Position numbers and translations under genes: made by a program
The notes under the pieces: generated by a model
The model's input: only the letters and a program-made list of their open reading frames with translations
Database searches by the model: none
Told to the model about the DNA's origin: nothing
Source: an uncultured Acidobacteriota bacterium
GTDB taxonomy: Bacteria; Acidobacteriota; UBA6911; RPQK01; JAPXNP01
Direction of reading: 5' to 3'
DNA length: 64,000 bases
NCBI GenBank assembly: GCA_963777605.1
Contig: CAVZRV010000007.1
Location: forward strand, 672,001 to 736,000
In this document: piece after piece, positions 1 to 10,315 of the stretch
How positions within the stretch are numbered: position 1 is the stretch's first letter
Layout of the letters: each line of letters begins with the position of its first letter

Positions 1-517
1 CGCTCACTCCCGGTTCGATCAGTTCTCGTGCCCGCTCGTAGCAGGTTTCGCTCACCTCGATACCTTTCCGGAGCAGTTCCAGTTCGTCCGGATCCTTTCG
101 CCTGCGTTTCTGCCAAAGAATTGAACAGAGATCGACTGAGCCTTCCGCCAACTCGGGCACAACTGGTGCTGCCGTTGAGCGATCGAGCCCGACCAGTCCG
201 TCCACAGGCCCTATCTCTGCCCGAACCGCGTCCGCGACCTTCCGGCCGTGATCGAGGTGGGCGGTCGCCAGGTAGGAAGACTCTATCCACCTCACCTCGT
301 CAGCAGCAACTACCGGATTCTCGGTGCCGCAAAAGAGGGTCGCAGTTCCTCGGGCATCGAGAAGCAGGGCGCTGCGCTGCCCGGGAGGCGTCTCAAACCC
401 GGTCAAATAGAGGACGTGGGCGGGGTCACTCATGACCCCCACCGACACTCCAAAGACTTCCATTTCCGCTATCAGTCTGCCCTGCCGCGACCGGCAGCCG
501 TCTATGCTCAGCCTCAT
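1..517 (-). CDS. Xaa-Pro aminopeptidase/M24 family peptidase, 5' part (runs off window edge)
   Basis: Not in the ORF track; translated by hand from ATG at 517: MRLSIDGCRSRQGRLIAEMESL...DPAHVLYLTGF...RRRKDPDELELLRKGIEVSETCYERARELIEPGVS. The YLTGF and R.xK..DEL...R motifs are typical of M24/creatinase-N proteins. Confidence 0.8.
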   Translation of the reverse strand, partial: MRLSIDGCRSRQGRLIAEMEVFGVSVGVMSDPAHVLYLTGFETPPGQRSALLLDARGTATLFCGTENPVVAADEVRWIESSYLATAHLDHGRKVADAVRAEIGPVDGLVGLDRSTAAPVVPELAEGSVDLCSILWQKRRRKDPDELELLRKGIEVSETCYERARELIEPGVS

Positions 518-618
518 GCTGTCAGTCTTTACTGGTGTTCACGGACTGTCAAACTGATTTTCTCTGTCCAGTCCGAATTAGCTACTGCTGATCTCGAATC
601 GAAAACTCCAAAGACTCC

Positions 619-653
619 AAAAAAAAGGCGCGGGATTGCTCCCGCGCCTTTTT
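619..653. terminator. Intrinsic terminator of the TonB receptor gene (possibly bidirectional)
   Basis: AAAAAAAAGGCGCGGGA-TTGC-TCCCGCGCCTTTTT perfect hairpin, 21 nt downstream of the stop at 675; T-tracts on both strands. Confidence 0.85.
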
Positions 654-674
654 AGGTTAACAGGTCAGCGCCGA

Positions 675-3600
675 CTAGAAGATGAACTTCAAGCCGAAGC
701 GAACCACGCGCGCCGAGGAGTTCCCCGACGTGCTGGTGATGTACATGAAGTTACTGGAACCGGCACTGGAACTCGGGTTGTTGAACTTGGGCGTGTTGGT
801 GAAGTTGAAGAACTCCGCCCTGAACTCCAACGACTTCTGCTCCATCAGAGCAAAGCTCCGGAAGACAGAGAAGTCGAGGTTGTACCACGCCGGTCCACGC
901 AGGATGTTGCGCCCGGTGTTCCCGTAGCAGTCGTAGTTCGTGCAGGTGTCGCCAGGCTGACGGATGTTGGCCGCGAACGCGGTCGGATCCATGTAGGGGT
1001 CGCCCACACCGATTCCGCCCAGGACCTGGACGTTGTCCTTGACCTGGTCACCCGTGTTGCTGTTGCTGGCAGCATTCAAGAAGTTGCTGCTCGTACCAAC
1101 GCCGAACTGCCGGTTGGAGTTGGCGGCGAAGATGCCGTTCAACTGCCAGTTGCGGATGATCTTGGCACCCATGTCGTCGCCGTCTTTGCCGAAGGGCAGC
1201 GCGTAAACCGTCGCAAGTTGGAGAACTTGCGGCTGGTTGTAGCCAGCGTTGGCACGGTTCCGGTACATGATGGCGGGGTCGTTCCAGCTCAGGCCGGCCC
1301 AACCCTCGTCATCCGTCTGGTTGATGGCATGACCGTAGGTGTACGCACCCTTAACGAACAGGCCATTGGTGAACCGACGGTTGAGAGCGATCTGCAGCGA
1401 GTGGTAATTCGAATCACCCTGGCCATTCCACCACATGATGCTGGTGCTGCTGATCGGATAATACTGACGTCCGGAAGTACCGGTGCCAGGAGCCGACCAG
1501 TTGGTCTGCCAATCGAGCAGCTGGTGGGTCGTTTTGGTTCCAACGTAGCCCAGGGACATGACGAAGTCAGAAGGCAGCTTCCGTTCGTACATGACGTTCC
1601 AGGACTGGATGTAACCGCGGATGATTTTGTCCTGCGGCATCGTGCGCTGCTGCACGACCTGAGGCAGAGGAATCACCGCTCCCGGGCTCGTTTCCGGACC
1701 CGTGAAGAGAGGGATACCTCCCGAAAGCGTCCGTTCCAACACCAGGGAATCCTGGGTTGAGAAGTCGGCCCCAACCGTCGCCGGGTAGAAACCGCGCAGA
1801 GGACGCGAGAAGGGCAGCGGGCTGTTGGTGATACCGTAACCCGCGCGGATGACATCGTTGTCGGACAGGCGGTAGGCGAACCCGAGACGGGGCGCGAACA
1901 GCGTCTTGCTGACCGAGATGTCGTTGCCCAGAGTCATCTTGAAGCACTCGCCAGTCGGGTTCAGATCCGTCGAACATGGCATCGTTTCGGGGAAGTTGAG
2001 AACTTCCATTTGACGATCGGCACGGGTGATCAGCGGGTAGTACTCGTAGCGGAGACCCAAGGTCAGGGTCAGCTTGGGAGTAACCTGCCACCGGTCACGA
2101 GCGTACCAGGCATGCTGCCACTCGCGGGTGGTCATGAGTTCCCACTGGAGACTCTTACCAGTCTGCTGAACCATACCCAGCATGAAGCCGGCCCAAGCGT
2201 TCTCACGCTGGGTGACCTGGCCGGGTATCGCAGTAGAATTCTGGCTGAAGTTGAAGGTGCCGCGAGGGCCGTTTCCGATTTCAGGCTGCCAGTGGTCCAT
2301 CCGATAATGGATCAGGTCATACCCAAACCGTACTTCGTGGTTACCGTTGGTCCAGCTGAAGTTCTGGGTGAAGGTGGCGCTGTTCTCGTTTCGGAACAGC
2401 GGGCTCCATCCGTCAACCTGACCAAAGCCGGTGTAACCGGAAACGAAGAATCCGGGGATACCACCGCAACGGTTGGGACCGTCCACGATACAAGCCTGTT
2501 CCTGGCCTGCAGCGGCGTTGGTGCCGGGGATTCCCAGGACGTCCTGGCCGAAGTTGCCAAGACCCAGGTCACCCGTGATAACCGTCTGGTCCATGTCGTT
2601 GAAACCGAAGTTGCCGTCAATCAGGAAGGTCGGGGTGATCGTCCAGTTGTGGCCGAGACTGTAGACTTTGACGTTGGTGTCACCAGTGCCGTCGCCGCCG
2701 CCGTCAATGGCGCCGCCGCCGGCCGATCCGAAACGGGAACCTGAGGTAACCGTGGCCTTCATCAGGCTGAACTTACCCCAGATCCGATGGTTCTCGGTCC
2801 GATACCAGTCACCCTTTATGTCGTAGTTGTAGCGGTCCATGGGCCGCCCGCCGGAGACCTCGTAGTTATTGGTCCGACCGGCGATGTTGTTCGTCGGCAA
2901 AAGACCGGCCATCTGAACCGCCGCTTGAGAGAAGCGATCCGACGGGATGATGTTGTTCGCGAACGGCGTCTTACCAGAGCCATCGGGATTGCCCGTGTAC
3001 GGGTCATAGATGATGGTGCAATCCGTCGTGCAAGTCCCGCCGGCGCTGGTCGGCAGAAGTGACGAGAAGTCGCCCTGTCGGAAAGCAGTCGCAGGCAGCG
3101 TGTTGCTGGCGAAAATGGCCGAGTTCTGGTTCGTCGCCTCAATACCGCCAAAAAAGAACAACTTGTCTTTGATGATTGGGCCGCCAATAGTGCCGCCCCA
3201 AATATGACGCCGCCCGGGGGGCTTGTCGCCATAGTTGAAGAAGTCGCGAGCGTTCAGCGAACTGTTCTCATGGTTGTAGAACAGGTTGCCGTGAAACTCG
3301 TTGGTTCCCGACTTGGTGATAACGGTGACCGCGGCGCCGCCGGCGAATCCCTTCTCGGCGTCGAAGTTGTTGGTCGAGATGTCGACCACTTCGATGGTTT
3401 CCGAAGGGGGTACGTAGGCGGTGTGGTGCGGCAACCAGATGTTGACGCTCGAGGCGCCGTCAATACGGGTATTGTTCGAGTTTCGGTTGGTTCCGTTGAC
3501 GTTGGTCGTCAGCGCCCGTTCCGGAGTATCCGTGATGGCATTCTGGAACCGGGCCGGCGTCGCACCGGGGACCAGGTTGATCAGAGCCTGGTAATTCCGG

Positions 3601-4079
3601 TAGACATTCAACGGAAGGTCGGTGATCTCCTTGCTGTCCAGCTGAGTGGAGACGTCTGTCGTATCCGTCTGCAGCAGGGTCGCTGCACCAGAGACCGTGA
3701 CCGACTCGGTAAGTTGACCAACCTGCAGGGTAACCTGTTCACGGGTTACCTGTCCCGCTGCCACACTGACGTTCTGCGCCACGTATTCTTTGAAGCCCGT
3801 CAAGGTGACGCGCACAGTGTACGTGCCGTCGGGAATGTTCCTCAAGGTGTAATTCCCCACGTCATTTGTAACCGCGGTCTGCGTAAAGTTGGTACTCGGA
3901 TTGACGATAGTTACCTCGGCACCCGGAATGGCGCCACCCGTGGCATCCTTCACCTGGCCGGTGACGGTGCCATACAGTGCCTGTGCAAAAGACACCGTGG
4001 GCGTGCTCAAGCAGAGCACCAAGGCAACGCACAGCCCGAGCAGTACGAGACTACTCGGTCGTCGCATCGCTTTGATCAT
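675..4079 (-). CDS. TonB-dependent receptor, Oar-like, with N-terminal carboxypeptidase-regulatory-like domain
   Basis: 1134 aa; signal peptide; GTVTGQVKDATGGAIPGAEV N-domain; TKSGTNEFHG plug motif; C-terminal RVVRFGLKFIF beta-signal; SD AAGGAGG upstream. Confidence 0.93.
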   Translation of the reverse strand: MIKAMRRPSSLVLLGLCVALVLCLSTPTVSFAQALYGTVTGQVKDATGGAIPGAEVTIVNPSTNFTQTAVTNDVGNYTLRNIPDGTYTVRVTLTGFKEYVAQNVSVAAGQVTREQVTLQVGQLTESVTVSGAATLLQTDTTDVSTQLDSKEITDLPLNVYRNYQALINLVPGATPARFQNAITDTPERALTTNVNGTNRNSNNTRIDGASSVNIWLPHHTAYVPPSETIEVVDISTNNFDAEKGFAGGAAVTVITKSGTNEFHGNLFYNHENSSLNARDFFNYGDKPPGRRHIWGGTIGGPIIKDKLFFFGGIEATNQNSAIFASNTLPATAFRQGDFSSLLPTSAGGTCTTDCTIIYDPYTGNPDGSGKTPFANNIIPSDRFSQAAVQMAGLLPTNNIAGRTNNYEVSGGRPMDRYNYDIKGDWYRTENHRIWGKFSLMKATVTSGSRFGSAGGGAIDGGGDGTGDTNVKVYSLGHNWTITPTFLIDGNFGFNDMDQTVITGDLGLGNFGQDVLGIPGTNAAAGQEQACIVDGPNRCGGIPGFFVSGYTGFGQVDGWSPLFRNENSATFTQNFSWTNGNHEVRFGYDLIHYRMDHWQPEIGNGPRGTFNFSQNSTAIPGQVTQRENAWAGFMLGMVQQTGKSLQWELMTTREWQHAWYARDRWQVTPKLTLTLGLRYEYYPLITRADRQMEVLNFPETMPCSTDLNPTGECFKMTLGNDISVSKTLFAPRLGFAYRLSDNDVIRAGYGITNSPLPFSRPLRGFYPATVGADFSTQDSLVLERTLSGGIPLFTGPETSPGAVIPLPQVVQQRTMPQDKIIRGYIQSWNVMYERKLPSDFVMSLGYVGTKTTHQLLDWQTNWSAPGTGTSGRQYYPISSTSIMWWNGQGDSNYHSLQIALNRRFTNGLFVKGAYTYGHAINQTDDEGWAGLSWNDPAIMYRNRANAGYNQPQVLQLATVYALPFGKDGDDMGAKIIRNWQLNGIFAANSNRQFGVGTSSNFLNAASNSNTGDQVKDNVQVLGGIGVGDPYMDPTAFAANIRQPGDTCTNYDCYGNTGRNILRGPAWYNLDFSVFRSFALMEQKSLEFRAEFFNFTNTPKFNNPSSSAGSSNFMYITSTSGNSSARVVRFGLKFIF

Positions 4080-4460
4080 ACATTTCCCTCCTTAGTTGTT
4101 ACTGTATTGGTACGAATATGGAAAAATTGCCTTCCAGTAAACAATCCACACGTTGACAAACCAATCACTAAGCAATTCTCCAAACTATTATTCTTAACGC
4201 AAGACAGGTGCCAGTCACCACCACCCCGTAGGAGTCTCTCGCTGGATGCAGCGTAACCAACTGTATATCCAGCAGTTAACCGAATGAAACAGTCTCGTTC
4301 CGGAGCACCGGGAAATCCTTTGGAGCCCATATTATTCAATAATTTGAAGCCATTGTGTGCCGTATCCAAAAATTTGAAAGATGGATTGATCGAAGCAAGC
4401 CGCCTTGACCGCCTGTTTGCCCTGACAGGAAGGTTAATGGGTTAGAATGGGAAAGACGCC

Positions 4461-5948
4461 ATGTTACTGATTTTGACCCTCTTGACTCTTTTCGTCGGGG
4501 CGTCTCAACCGTTGGACCAGCAGGCTCTTGCAGCCAAGTCCAAACAGGCTCAGGAGGCGTTTCAGGCGGGCCGTTTTCGGGAAGCCGCCGGCGCCTACCG
4601 GGAGTTGGTTGATGCCCTTCCTGCGATACCCGGGCTGCGCATGAACCTGGGTATGGCCCTGTACCTGTCTGGCGACCCGGCATCCGCGATTGCGCCGCTC
4701 CGCAAGGCCGTAGAAGGAGACCCATCCTTGCCCCCGGCCTGGCTCTTCCTCGGAACATCACTCCTCGACACCGGAAAGGCCGCAGACGCCGTCGCACCGC
4801 TCATGACTTACCTGGCCAAGAATCCCCAGGAACCACGGGCGATTCAGCTCCTGGGCGACGCCTACCTCCAGTCCGATCAGCCGGCCAAGGCCGTTGAGGT
4901 CTTTCATCGACTGGTGCGGCTCGACGAGCAGAGTGCGCCCGGCTGGTTCGGATTGGGACGTGGCTACGAAGCCCTGGCTGGGCTGGCATTCGACCGGCTG
5001 AACCAGGCCGGCCCCGAATCGGAATACTGGTTTTCGCTCATCGCCGAGTCCCGAGTCGTGCAGCAGCAATACTCCAGTGCCTTCTTCTTCTATCGCAAGG
5101 CACTGGAAGCAAATCCCAACATGAGGGGGATGCACGCCGCCCTCGCCAATGTGTATCGTCGCTCTGACCATGCCGACTGGGCAGCCACCGAAGAGGAGAA
5201 AGAGATTGCGCTCGGGACCCCCGACTGTTCTCGTGAAACCTACGTCTGCCTCTTCCTGGAGGGCAAACTGAGAGAACTGTTCACAGAGTCCTCCGGGAAA
5301 GGTTCTCCTGAGGCTCTTTACTGGCAGGTAAAATCGGCCAACCAGCTGGCCACGAATGCATTCGACCGTCTCCAGAAACTCCCTTCTTCAGTGGAGCTTC
5401 ACCAGTTCCGGGCCGAGGTTCAGCGCAATCAGCACCGCTACTGGGAGTCGGTTGCGGAATGGAAAAAAGCGCTCGAACTCTCCCCCGGGAATCCCGGCCT
5501 GCAAAGGGAACTTGCTATTTCGCTCTACCTGAACCGCGACTATGCCGACGCAGCCAAGCTCGTCAACCAGTTGCTCGAGACCCAGCCCGATTCCGCCCAG
5601 CTCAACTTCCTGGCGGGGGACATTCTCCTCTACGAACAGAAAGCCGGCGAGTCGGTCCCGTTCCTGGAGAAGGCGGCCCGGCTGGCCCCCGACATGACAA
5701 GCGCACACTCGTCACTCGGACGGGCGTACATGTCGATTGAAGAACCCGAGAAGGCAATCCCTCATCTGAAGGCAGCCCTCGGGGAAGACGAAGACGGCAG
5801 TCTTCACTACCAGCTGGCGCTGGCATACCAGCGAACAGGACAGCGGGATCTCGCCAAAGAGACGCTGGTAACCTATCAGAAGATCAAGGCGCAGCAGCGT
5901 AAACAGCAGACAGAGGTCAAGGAAGAGGTCAAAATCACCCCTCCGTGA
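4461..5948 (+). CDS. Exported tetratricopeptide-repeat protein
   Basis: Signal peptide; many TPR-like helical repeats (e.g. AHSSLGRAYM, LHYQLALAYQRTG). Confidence 0.85.
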   Translation: MLLILTLLTLFVGASQPLDQQALAAKSKQAQEAFQAGRFREAAGAYRELVDALPAIPGLRMNLGMALYLSGDPASAIAPLRKAVEGDPSLPPAWLFLGTSLLDTGKAADAVAPLMTYLAKNPQEPRAIQLLGDAYLQSDQPAKAVEVFHRLVRLDEQSAPGWFGLGRGYEALAGLAFDRLNQAGPESEYWFSLIAESRVVQQQYSSAFFFYRKALEANPNMRGMHAALANVYRRSDHADWAATEEEKEIALGTPDCSRETYVCLFLEGKLRELFTESSGKGSPEALYWQVKSANQLATNAFDRLQKLPSSVELHQFRAEVQRNQHRYWESVAEWKKALELSPGNPGLQRELAISLYLNRDYADAAKLVNQLLETQPDSAQLNFLAGDILLYEQKAGESVPFLEKAARLAPDMTSAHSSLGRAYMSIEEPEKAIPHLKAALGEDEDGSLHYQLALAYQRTGQRDLAKETLVTYQKIKAQQRKQQTEVKEEVKITPP

Positions 5949-5953
5949 CGGTT

Positions 5954-6694
5954 GAGGCAACGGAAGCTGCCGCTTGCTGACAGGGACCGAAACGTTCCAG
6001 TCAGCGGGAGCCCTCCGGCCTGCGGAGACCATTCAAAGGGTGCAACTTGACCCGGCGCCTTGGTTTCAGGTCCCGGCAAGGCGATCGCGGCCTGTAAGGT
6101 CGCGCCGATTCTTCACGTCCGGAGAGCTGTGCCGCCCTTTCAGGGCTGGATTCTTGATGGGTGGGCCGTGAACCCAGGCAAATGCCTGGGCTGGAAACAG
6201 GCCCCCTTCAGGGGCCAGTCCGGCGCCGATCCCGTGATCATCACTCATCCACGTCTGGCACCGGACCAGGAACCAGGATCCAGCCGTTAATCGCGTCCCT
6301 GGCTCTCCACCGATCGCCTCAATCCCCGTCCAGACGCATCCAATTCGTCCAGGTTCTTCAACTCATTCCAAATGAAGTTTCAGGTCAGTCGGGCCCCCGG
6401 CGCCGCCGGACCATTCAATCAGTGAAACGGGTGGAGCATCGCCAGATGAGCGCGCCAACGGCGCAGGGTCATTTCCAGCCCGGCGGCAACGCCCCGGGAA
6501 TCGGAGCCAAGACGGCAATGCAGCACTGAAAGTGCGATTCAGTCCCGGTGGCGGACGGTTTCAGAAGAACCCGGAAATCAAGAATCCTGGATTGAGAAGG
6601 TTCACTTCCGCCGGGCAAGCTGCCCGGCCGCCATAGCAGGCAGGGATGCCTGGATTACTTTCCCTCCAGAAACGAGAAACCAGGAACCAGGAAC
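5954..6694. repeat. Intergenic patchwork of REP-like palindromic elements and heptamer repeats
   Basis: Inverted three-hairpin elements at 6133-6216 and 6452-6536; GGGCAAGCTGCCC and CAGGCAGGGATGCCTG hairpins at about 6611-6652; heptamers CAGAAAC GAGAAAC CAGGAAC CAGGAAC at 6667-6694; no credible ORF. Confidence 0.65.
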
Positions 6695-6716
6695 TCATCT
6701 CAATTGAACTTCCCGG

Positions 6717-8357
6717 TCAGCTGGTAGCCGTGACGACGGTGAATTCGCCCTTCTTTTGTAGCGTTTCGTTGGTCAGTTCGTCCTGGACCTCGATCTCAAC
6801 CTGGTATTGCCCGGGTTCAAGACCCGTAAGGCTCAGGTGCTTCATTACGACCACGCGGCGCCCCGAAAAGAACTGGATCGACTCACCATGTTCATCCACC
6901 GCCGAGGCCAGCAGCTTTCCTCCCTGGAATAGCTTGTAGGTCACCCTCAACGAGGGCTCGAAAGTGGCCTGATCCAGGCCCGCGTTGTAGACCTGGTAAT
7001 AAATTCCCAGTGGCATCTCGCTGGTGAAACGGTTGTCCGGCCGGGGAAGGACGCGAACGTCGCCCACGACGAACATCGGGTTGTCATCCGGAACGTCCGG
7101 CAGCGCTTCCACCTGATCCGACAACAGGAGTGAACTTCCCTGCAGATGCTGATCGTCAAACTTCGGGGGAACGAGTGCTTGCCGGATCACACCGGTCTTG
7201 CCGCTTCCCAGGTCCTTGAGAACGACCTCCACCTTGTACCGGTTGTGCAAGTCGAGCGGCAGGACCTTCTGGTAAACCGACGATTTCAGCATTCCCGTAG
7301 CCATTTCCTCGGGCTTGTAACGCACTACGAAATCGTCTTCGAACTCGGTGATGACCCGGTTCGTCATGGTCGAGACAATGGCATATACGCCCAGCCGGGC
7401 AACCTGCTGACCCTCCTCATCCTTGAACGTCAGTTCCCGGTTGGAAACTTCAAACGTGATCGGGACAAGCGCCTGGCCTTCATTGAGACGGAAGTAGTCC
7501 TCTTTGACCTTGAACGGGAGGTTCTCGTACCGGATATTGACCTCAACGAGTTCCTTGAGGTCCTTGTACTTGTTGACAGGGGCCAGGCCAATTCTCGCGA
7601 CCCTCTCGTAGCGGGCAAACGGCGTGTCGCTGCTGCGCCGGTACCAGTTCGCAGGGCCGTATCCTGCACCGCCGGCACCGGGACTGATTGCCTGGCGATC
7701 CGCGCGTTCGGCCTGCCCCAACTGCTCGGCAAGAGTGGGGCCTACTCCGAGCCAGGTCCCGGCGTCTTTCTCCCAGTCGAATACCGCAAGCTTGAACTCC
7801 CCGGTTCCCGTCGGGTCAACGAACTCAATTTCAATGTCTTCACCCATCCCGTCGATATGCCGGTAACGCCAGGTCTCGTAGGGATAGACAACGGTATTCC
7901 CACCGCCTTCCTCCATCTTTCTGATGTAACTTCCACCCATGGGGCGGGACTCGATCGAGTCGGGCTGGCCGTGAATGATGTAGGTTCGGCCTCGATCCGT
8001 CATCCAGCCGGGATCGCCGCTGGTGTAATGCTCGTTCGCGTAAGCAATCCGCCGATAGTGCTCTTCCTTGAACTCGTTGTTGGAGGTACGCGGATCCGGG
8101 TCGCGGCGAAACCAGAACTGCTCGATGAACTGTTCCTTTTCTTCGGGCGTGTTCAGACTCTTGAAGACCGTCCTCTCCTCGTCGGAGATGATGTACACCA
8201 CGTCCTGGTTCAACCAGCGGTCGTAATAGTCCTCCACTTCCTCCTGCTTCAGGGATTCAGCTTTCTTGTCCTGCGCGAGGGCAACCGGAACCATGAAGGC
8301 CAGGAAGAGTGCCCAGACAAGCACACGTTTCACAGGGAAAGGATGTTCTGAAGGCAT
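6717..8357 (-). CDS. GWxTD domain-containing exported protein
   Basis: WLNQDVVYII...EQFWFRRDP...EEHYRRIAYAN...GWMTDRGRTYI signature; signal peptide. Start placed at ATG 8357 (ORF track starts at 8378). Confidence 0.9.
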   Translation of the reverse strand: MPSEHPFPVKRVLVWALFLAFMVPVALAQDKKAESLKQEEVEDYYDRWLNQDVVYIISDEERTVFKSLNTPEEKEQFIEQFWFRRDPDPRTSNNEFKEEHYRRIAYANEHYTSGDPGWMTDRGRTYIIHGQPDSIESRPMGGSYIRKMEEGGGNTVVYPYETWRYRHIDGMGEDIEIEFVDPTGTGEFKLAVFDWEKDAGTWLGVGPTLAEQLGQAERADRQAISPGAGGAGYGPANWYRRSSDTPFARYERVARIGLAPVNKYKDLKELVEVNIRYENLPFKVKEDYFRLNEGQALVPITFEVSNRELTFKDEEGQQVARLGVYAIVSTMTNRVITEFEDDFVVRYKPEEMATGMLKSSVYQKVLPLDLHNRYKVEVVLKDLGSGKTGVIRQALVPPKFDDQHLQGSSLLLSDQVEALPDVPDDNPMFVVGDVRVLPRPDNRFTSEMPLGIYYQVYNAGLDQATFEPSLRVTYKLFQGGKLLASAVDEHGESIQFFSGRRVVVMKHLSLTGLEPGQYQVEIEVQDELTNETLQKKGEFTVVTATS

Positions 8358-8419
8358 GTCTTTACTCTCTACCACCAAATTAAAACAGACGGACCAATGG
8401 CCTCAAAGTTTCATCCTAG

Positions 8420-8438
8420 CATCGAATCTGATTCGATG
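8420..8438. promoter_or_regulatory. Perfect palindrome (putative operator) between divergent GWxTD and TPR genes
   Basis: CATCGAATC-T-GATTCGATG, lying between a minus-strand TAGGAT (8413-8418) and a plus-strand TAGAAT (8459-8464). Confidence 0.45.
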
Positions 8439-8470
8439 TGGAAAAGCGCGACAGGCGATAGAATGGGGGT

Positions 8471-9886
8471 ATGATCGGGAACATATTGACGGGCGCTGCA
8501 CTTGTTCTGGCTCTGGCCGCCCACCAGTCACCTCCACCTCAACTGCCGGCTGATCTGATCGAGACCCTGAGTCCATCAACGCAATCCGAGGTTCAGGACA
8601 TCGTTCGGCAACTGGCTGATGAACCCGATAATCCCGGACTTCTCGGGAGAATCGGCATGCTCCTCCAGGCCAACCAAAAGCCGGAACTGGCCATCGAGTA
8701 TTACGACCGGGCGTTGCAGATCGAGCCTGACCAGTTTCCCTGGGTTTACTATCGGGCCATCTGCAATGAGTCCCTTCGCAACCTGGAAGCAGCCGAAGAC
8801 GGTTTCCGGCAAGCCGCTACCATCGATCCGGGCTACGTCCCCGCCCAGATCCACCTGGGGCAGATCCTGGCCGACGCGGGCCGCTGGGAGGAGGCGACGC
8901 AGGTTTACCGCAAGATCGTCGAGCAGGTTCCCGACCTGGCAATCGCGCACTTCGGACTGGCGCGCAGCCTGGAAGGACTCGACCGCACTGAGGAGGCCGA
9001 GGAGAACTACCGGCAGGCCTGCCGGCTGCATCCTTCCTACGGAGCCGCCCACTATGGTCTCGCCCAACTTCTCAAGAAGAAGGGAGACCAGGACGGGGCT
9101 CGGGAGCAGCTCGAACTCTACCAGAAGAACCGCCTTACCCAACCGGTGGTTGGAGACGGGCTTCTCCAGGCAATCGACGAGCTCAAGAGCGGAAATCCCA
9201 AGGCTTTGCAACTGGTTAGCGAGGCCTCGTCGGAGGCTGACCAGGGACACACGCAAAAGGCGATCGACCTCAACCTCCAGGCCATCGAGATTTCTCCCGG
9301 GCTGGCCCAGGCCTACGTGAATCTTCTGGTTCTCTACGGGCAGGAGAAGCGCTACCAGGACGCTGACGAAATCTACAAAAGAGGTATCGAGGCGGCCCCT
9401 AATTTCGGGAAGCTTTACTACAACTACGGGGTCCTCCTGCTCCAGAGCAACCGCCCGGTCGAGGCCTATGATGTCCTCCTCAAAGCCCTCCAGATCAACC
9501 CACTGGATGCGTCCGCCCGGATCAACCTCGGTCGTATCGAGGAACTCAAGGGCGATCTGGCGGAGGCAGAACGGCAGTACCGGGAGGCCATTGAGTCCAA
9601 CCCCGATCTCCGGCTGGCCCACTTCAACCTGGCCCGGATCCTGATTGCGCGCAATCAGCCGGGTGAGGGAGCTGCCGAGCTCGAGAAGATTCGGAGTCCC
9701 GAGGACGACCAGACGCCTCTTTACCTTTACGCCCTGGCAACCGCACGCGTCCGCGAGGGGCGATTGGATGAGGCCCTCAAAGTCGCCGAAGAAGCCCGTG
9801 CGCTGGCGGAGAAGTACGGCCGCAATGACCTGCTTCCGGCCATCGATCGGGACCTTGCGACGCTCCGGGCGAATCTCGAGAAGTGA
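8471..9886 (+). CDS. Exported tetratricopeptide-repeat protein
   Basis: Signal peptide; about 10 TPR-like repeats (AHFGLARSL, AHYGLAQLL, YYNYGVLL, AHFNLARIL). Confidence 0.88.
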   Translation: MIGNILTGAALVLALAAHQSPPPQLPADLIETLSPSTQSEVQDIVRQLADEPDNPGLLGRIGMLLQANQKPELAIEYYDRALQIEPDQFPWVYYRAICNESLRNLEAAEDGFRQAATIDPGYVPAQIHLGQILADAGRWEEATQVYRKIVEQVPDLAIAHFGLARSLEGLDRTEEAEENYRQACRLHPSYGAAHYGLAQLLKKKGDQDGAREQLELYQKNRLTQPVVGDGLLQAIDELKSGNPKALQLVSEASSEADQGHTQKAIDLNLQAIEISPGLAQAYVNLLVLYGQEKRYQDADEIYKRGIEAAPNFGKLYYNYGVLLLQSNRPVEAYDVLLKALQINPLDASARINLGRIEELKGDLAEAERQYREAIESNPDLRLAHFNLARILIARNQPGEGAAELEKIRSPEDDQTPLYLYALATARVREGRLDEALKVAEEARALAEKYGRNDLLPAIDRDLATLRANLEK

Positions 9887-9887
9887 G

Positions 9888-9986
<99 letters not shown>

Positions 9987-10059
9987 GTAGGAATTGTACG
10001 GGTCTCGGGTTTTGGGTAGTGTCCCGGTTCCTCGTTCAGAGTTCAACGGTTCGGATCAG

Positions 10060-10158
10060 CCGGCACGCCAATTTGGGGTGCCGGAAGCGATAGCTTCCGC
10101 TTTTGCCCACCCGGGAACGACCCCGGCCGGGGCAGGAAGCGAAAGCTTCCGTTGCCTC
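10060..10158. repeat. REP-like paired hairpins GGAAGC-GAWA-GCTTCC
   Basis: GGAAGCGATAGCTTCC at 10083-10098 and GGAAGCGAAAGCTTCC at 10135-10150; 10145-10158 is the exact reverse complement of 5954-5967. Confidence 0.65.
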
Positions 10159-10315
10159 TCCCTTGGCATGCAGTTGGACCGTCCTCTTACAGCACGCCTG
10201 ATACGATGCAACTGATTGAATCCTGGCCGCTTCCGTGACGGGGTCTTCGTCGAGCACCACACCGGATGCTCTCGATTCCGTTCGACCTGCCCGGCTTCAA
10301 AGCGAAACCAGGATT

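Noticed and set aside
636-4256. Long plus-strand ORFs (374, 244 and 350 aa) opposite the TonB receptor
   Set aside because: Shadow ORFs caused by high-GC codon bias, with no motifs. The same applies to 7146-8351, 10817-12418, 29500-30570 and 59888-60988.
4080-4460. AT-rich segment as a foreign insertion
   Set aside because: Short divergent promoter region with no att sites or mobility genes.
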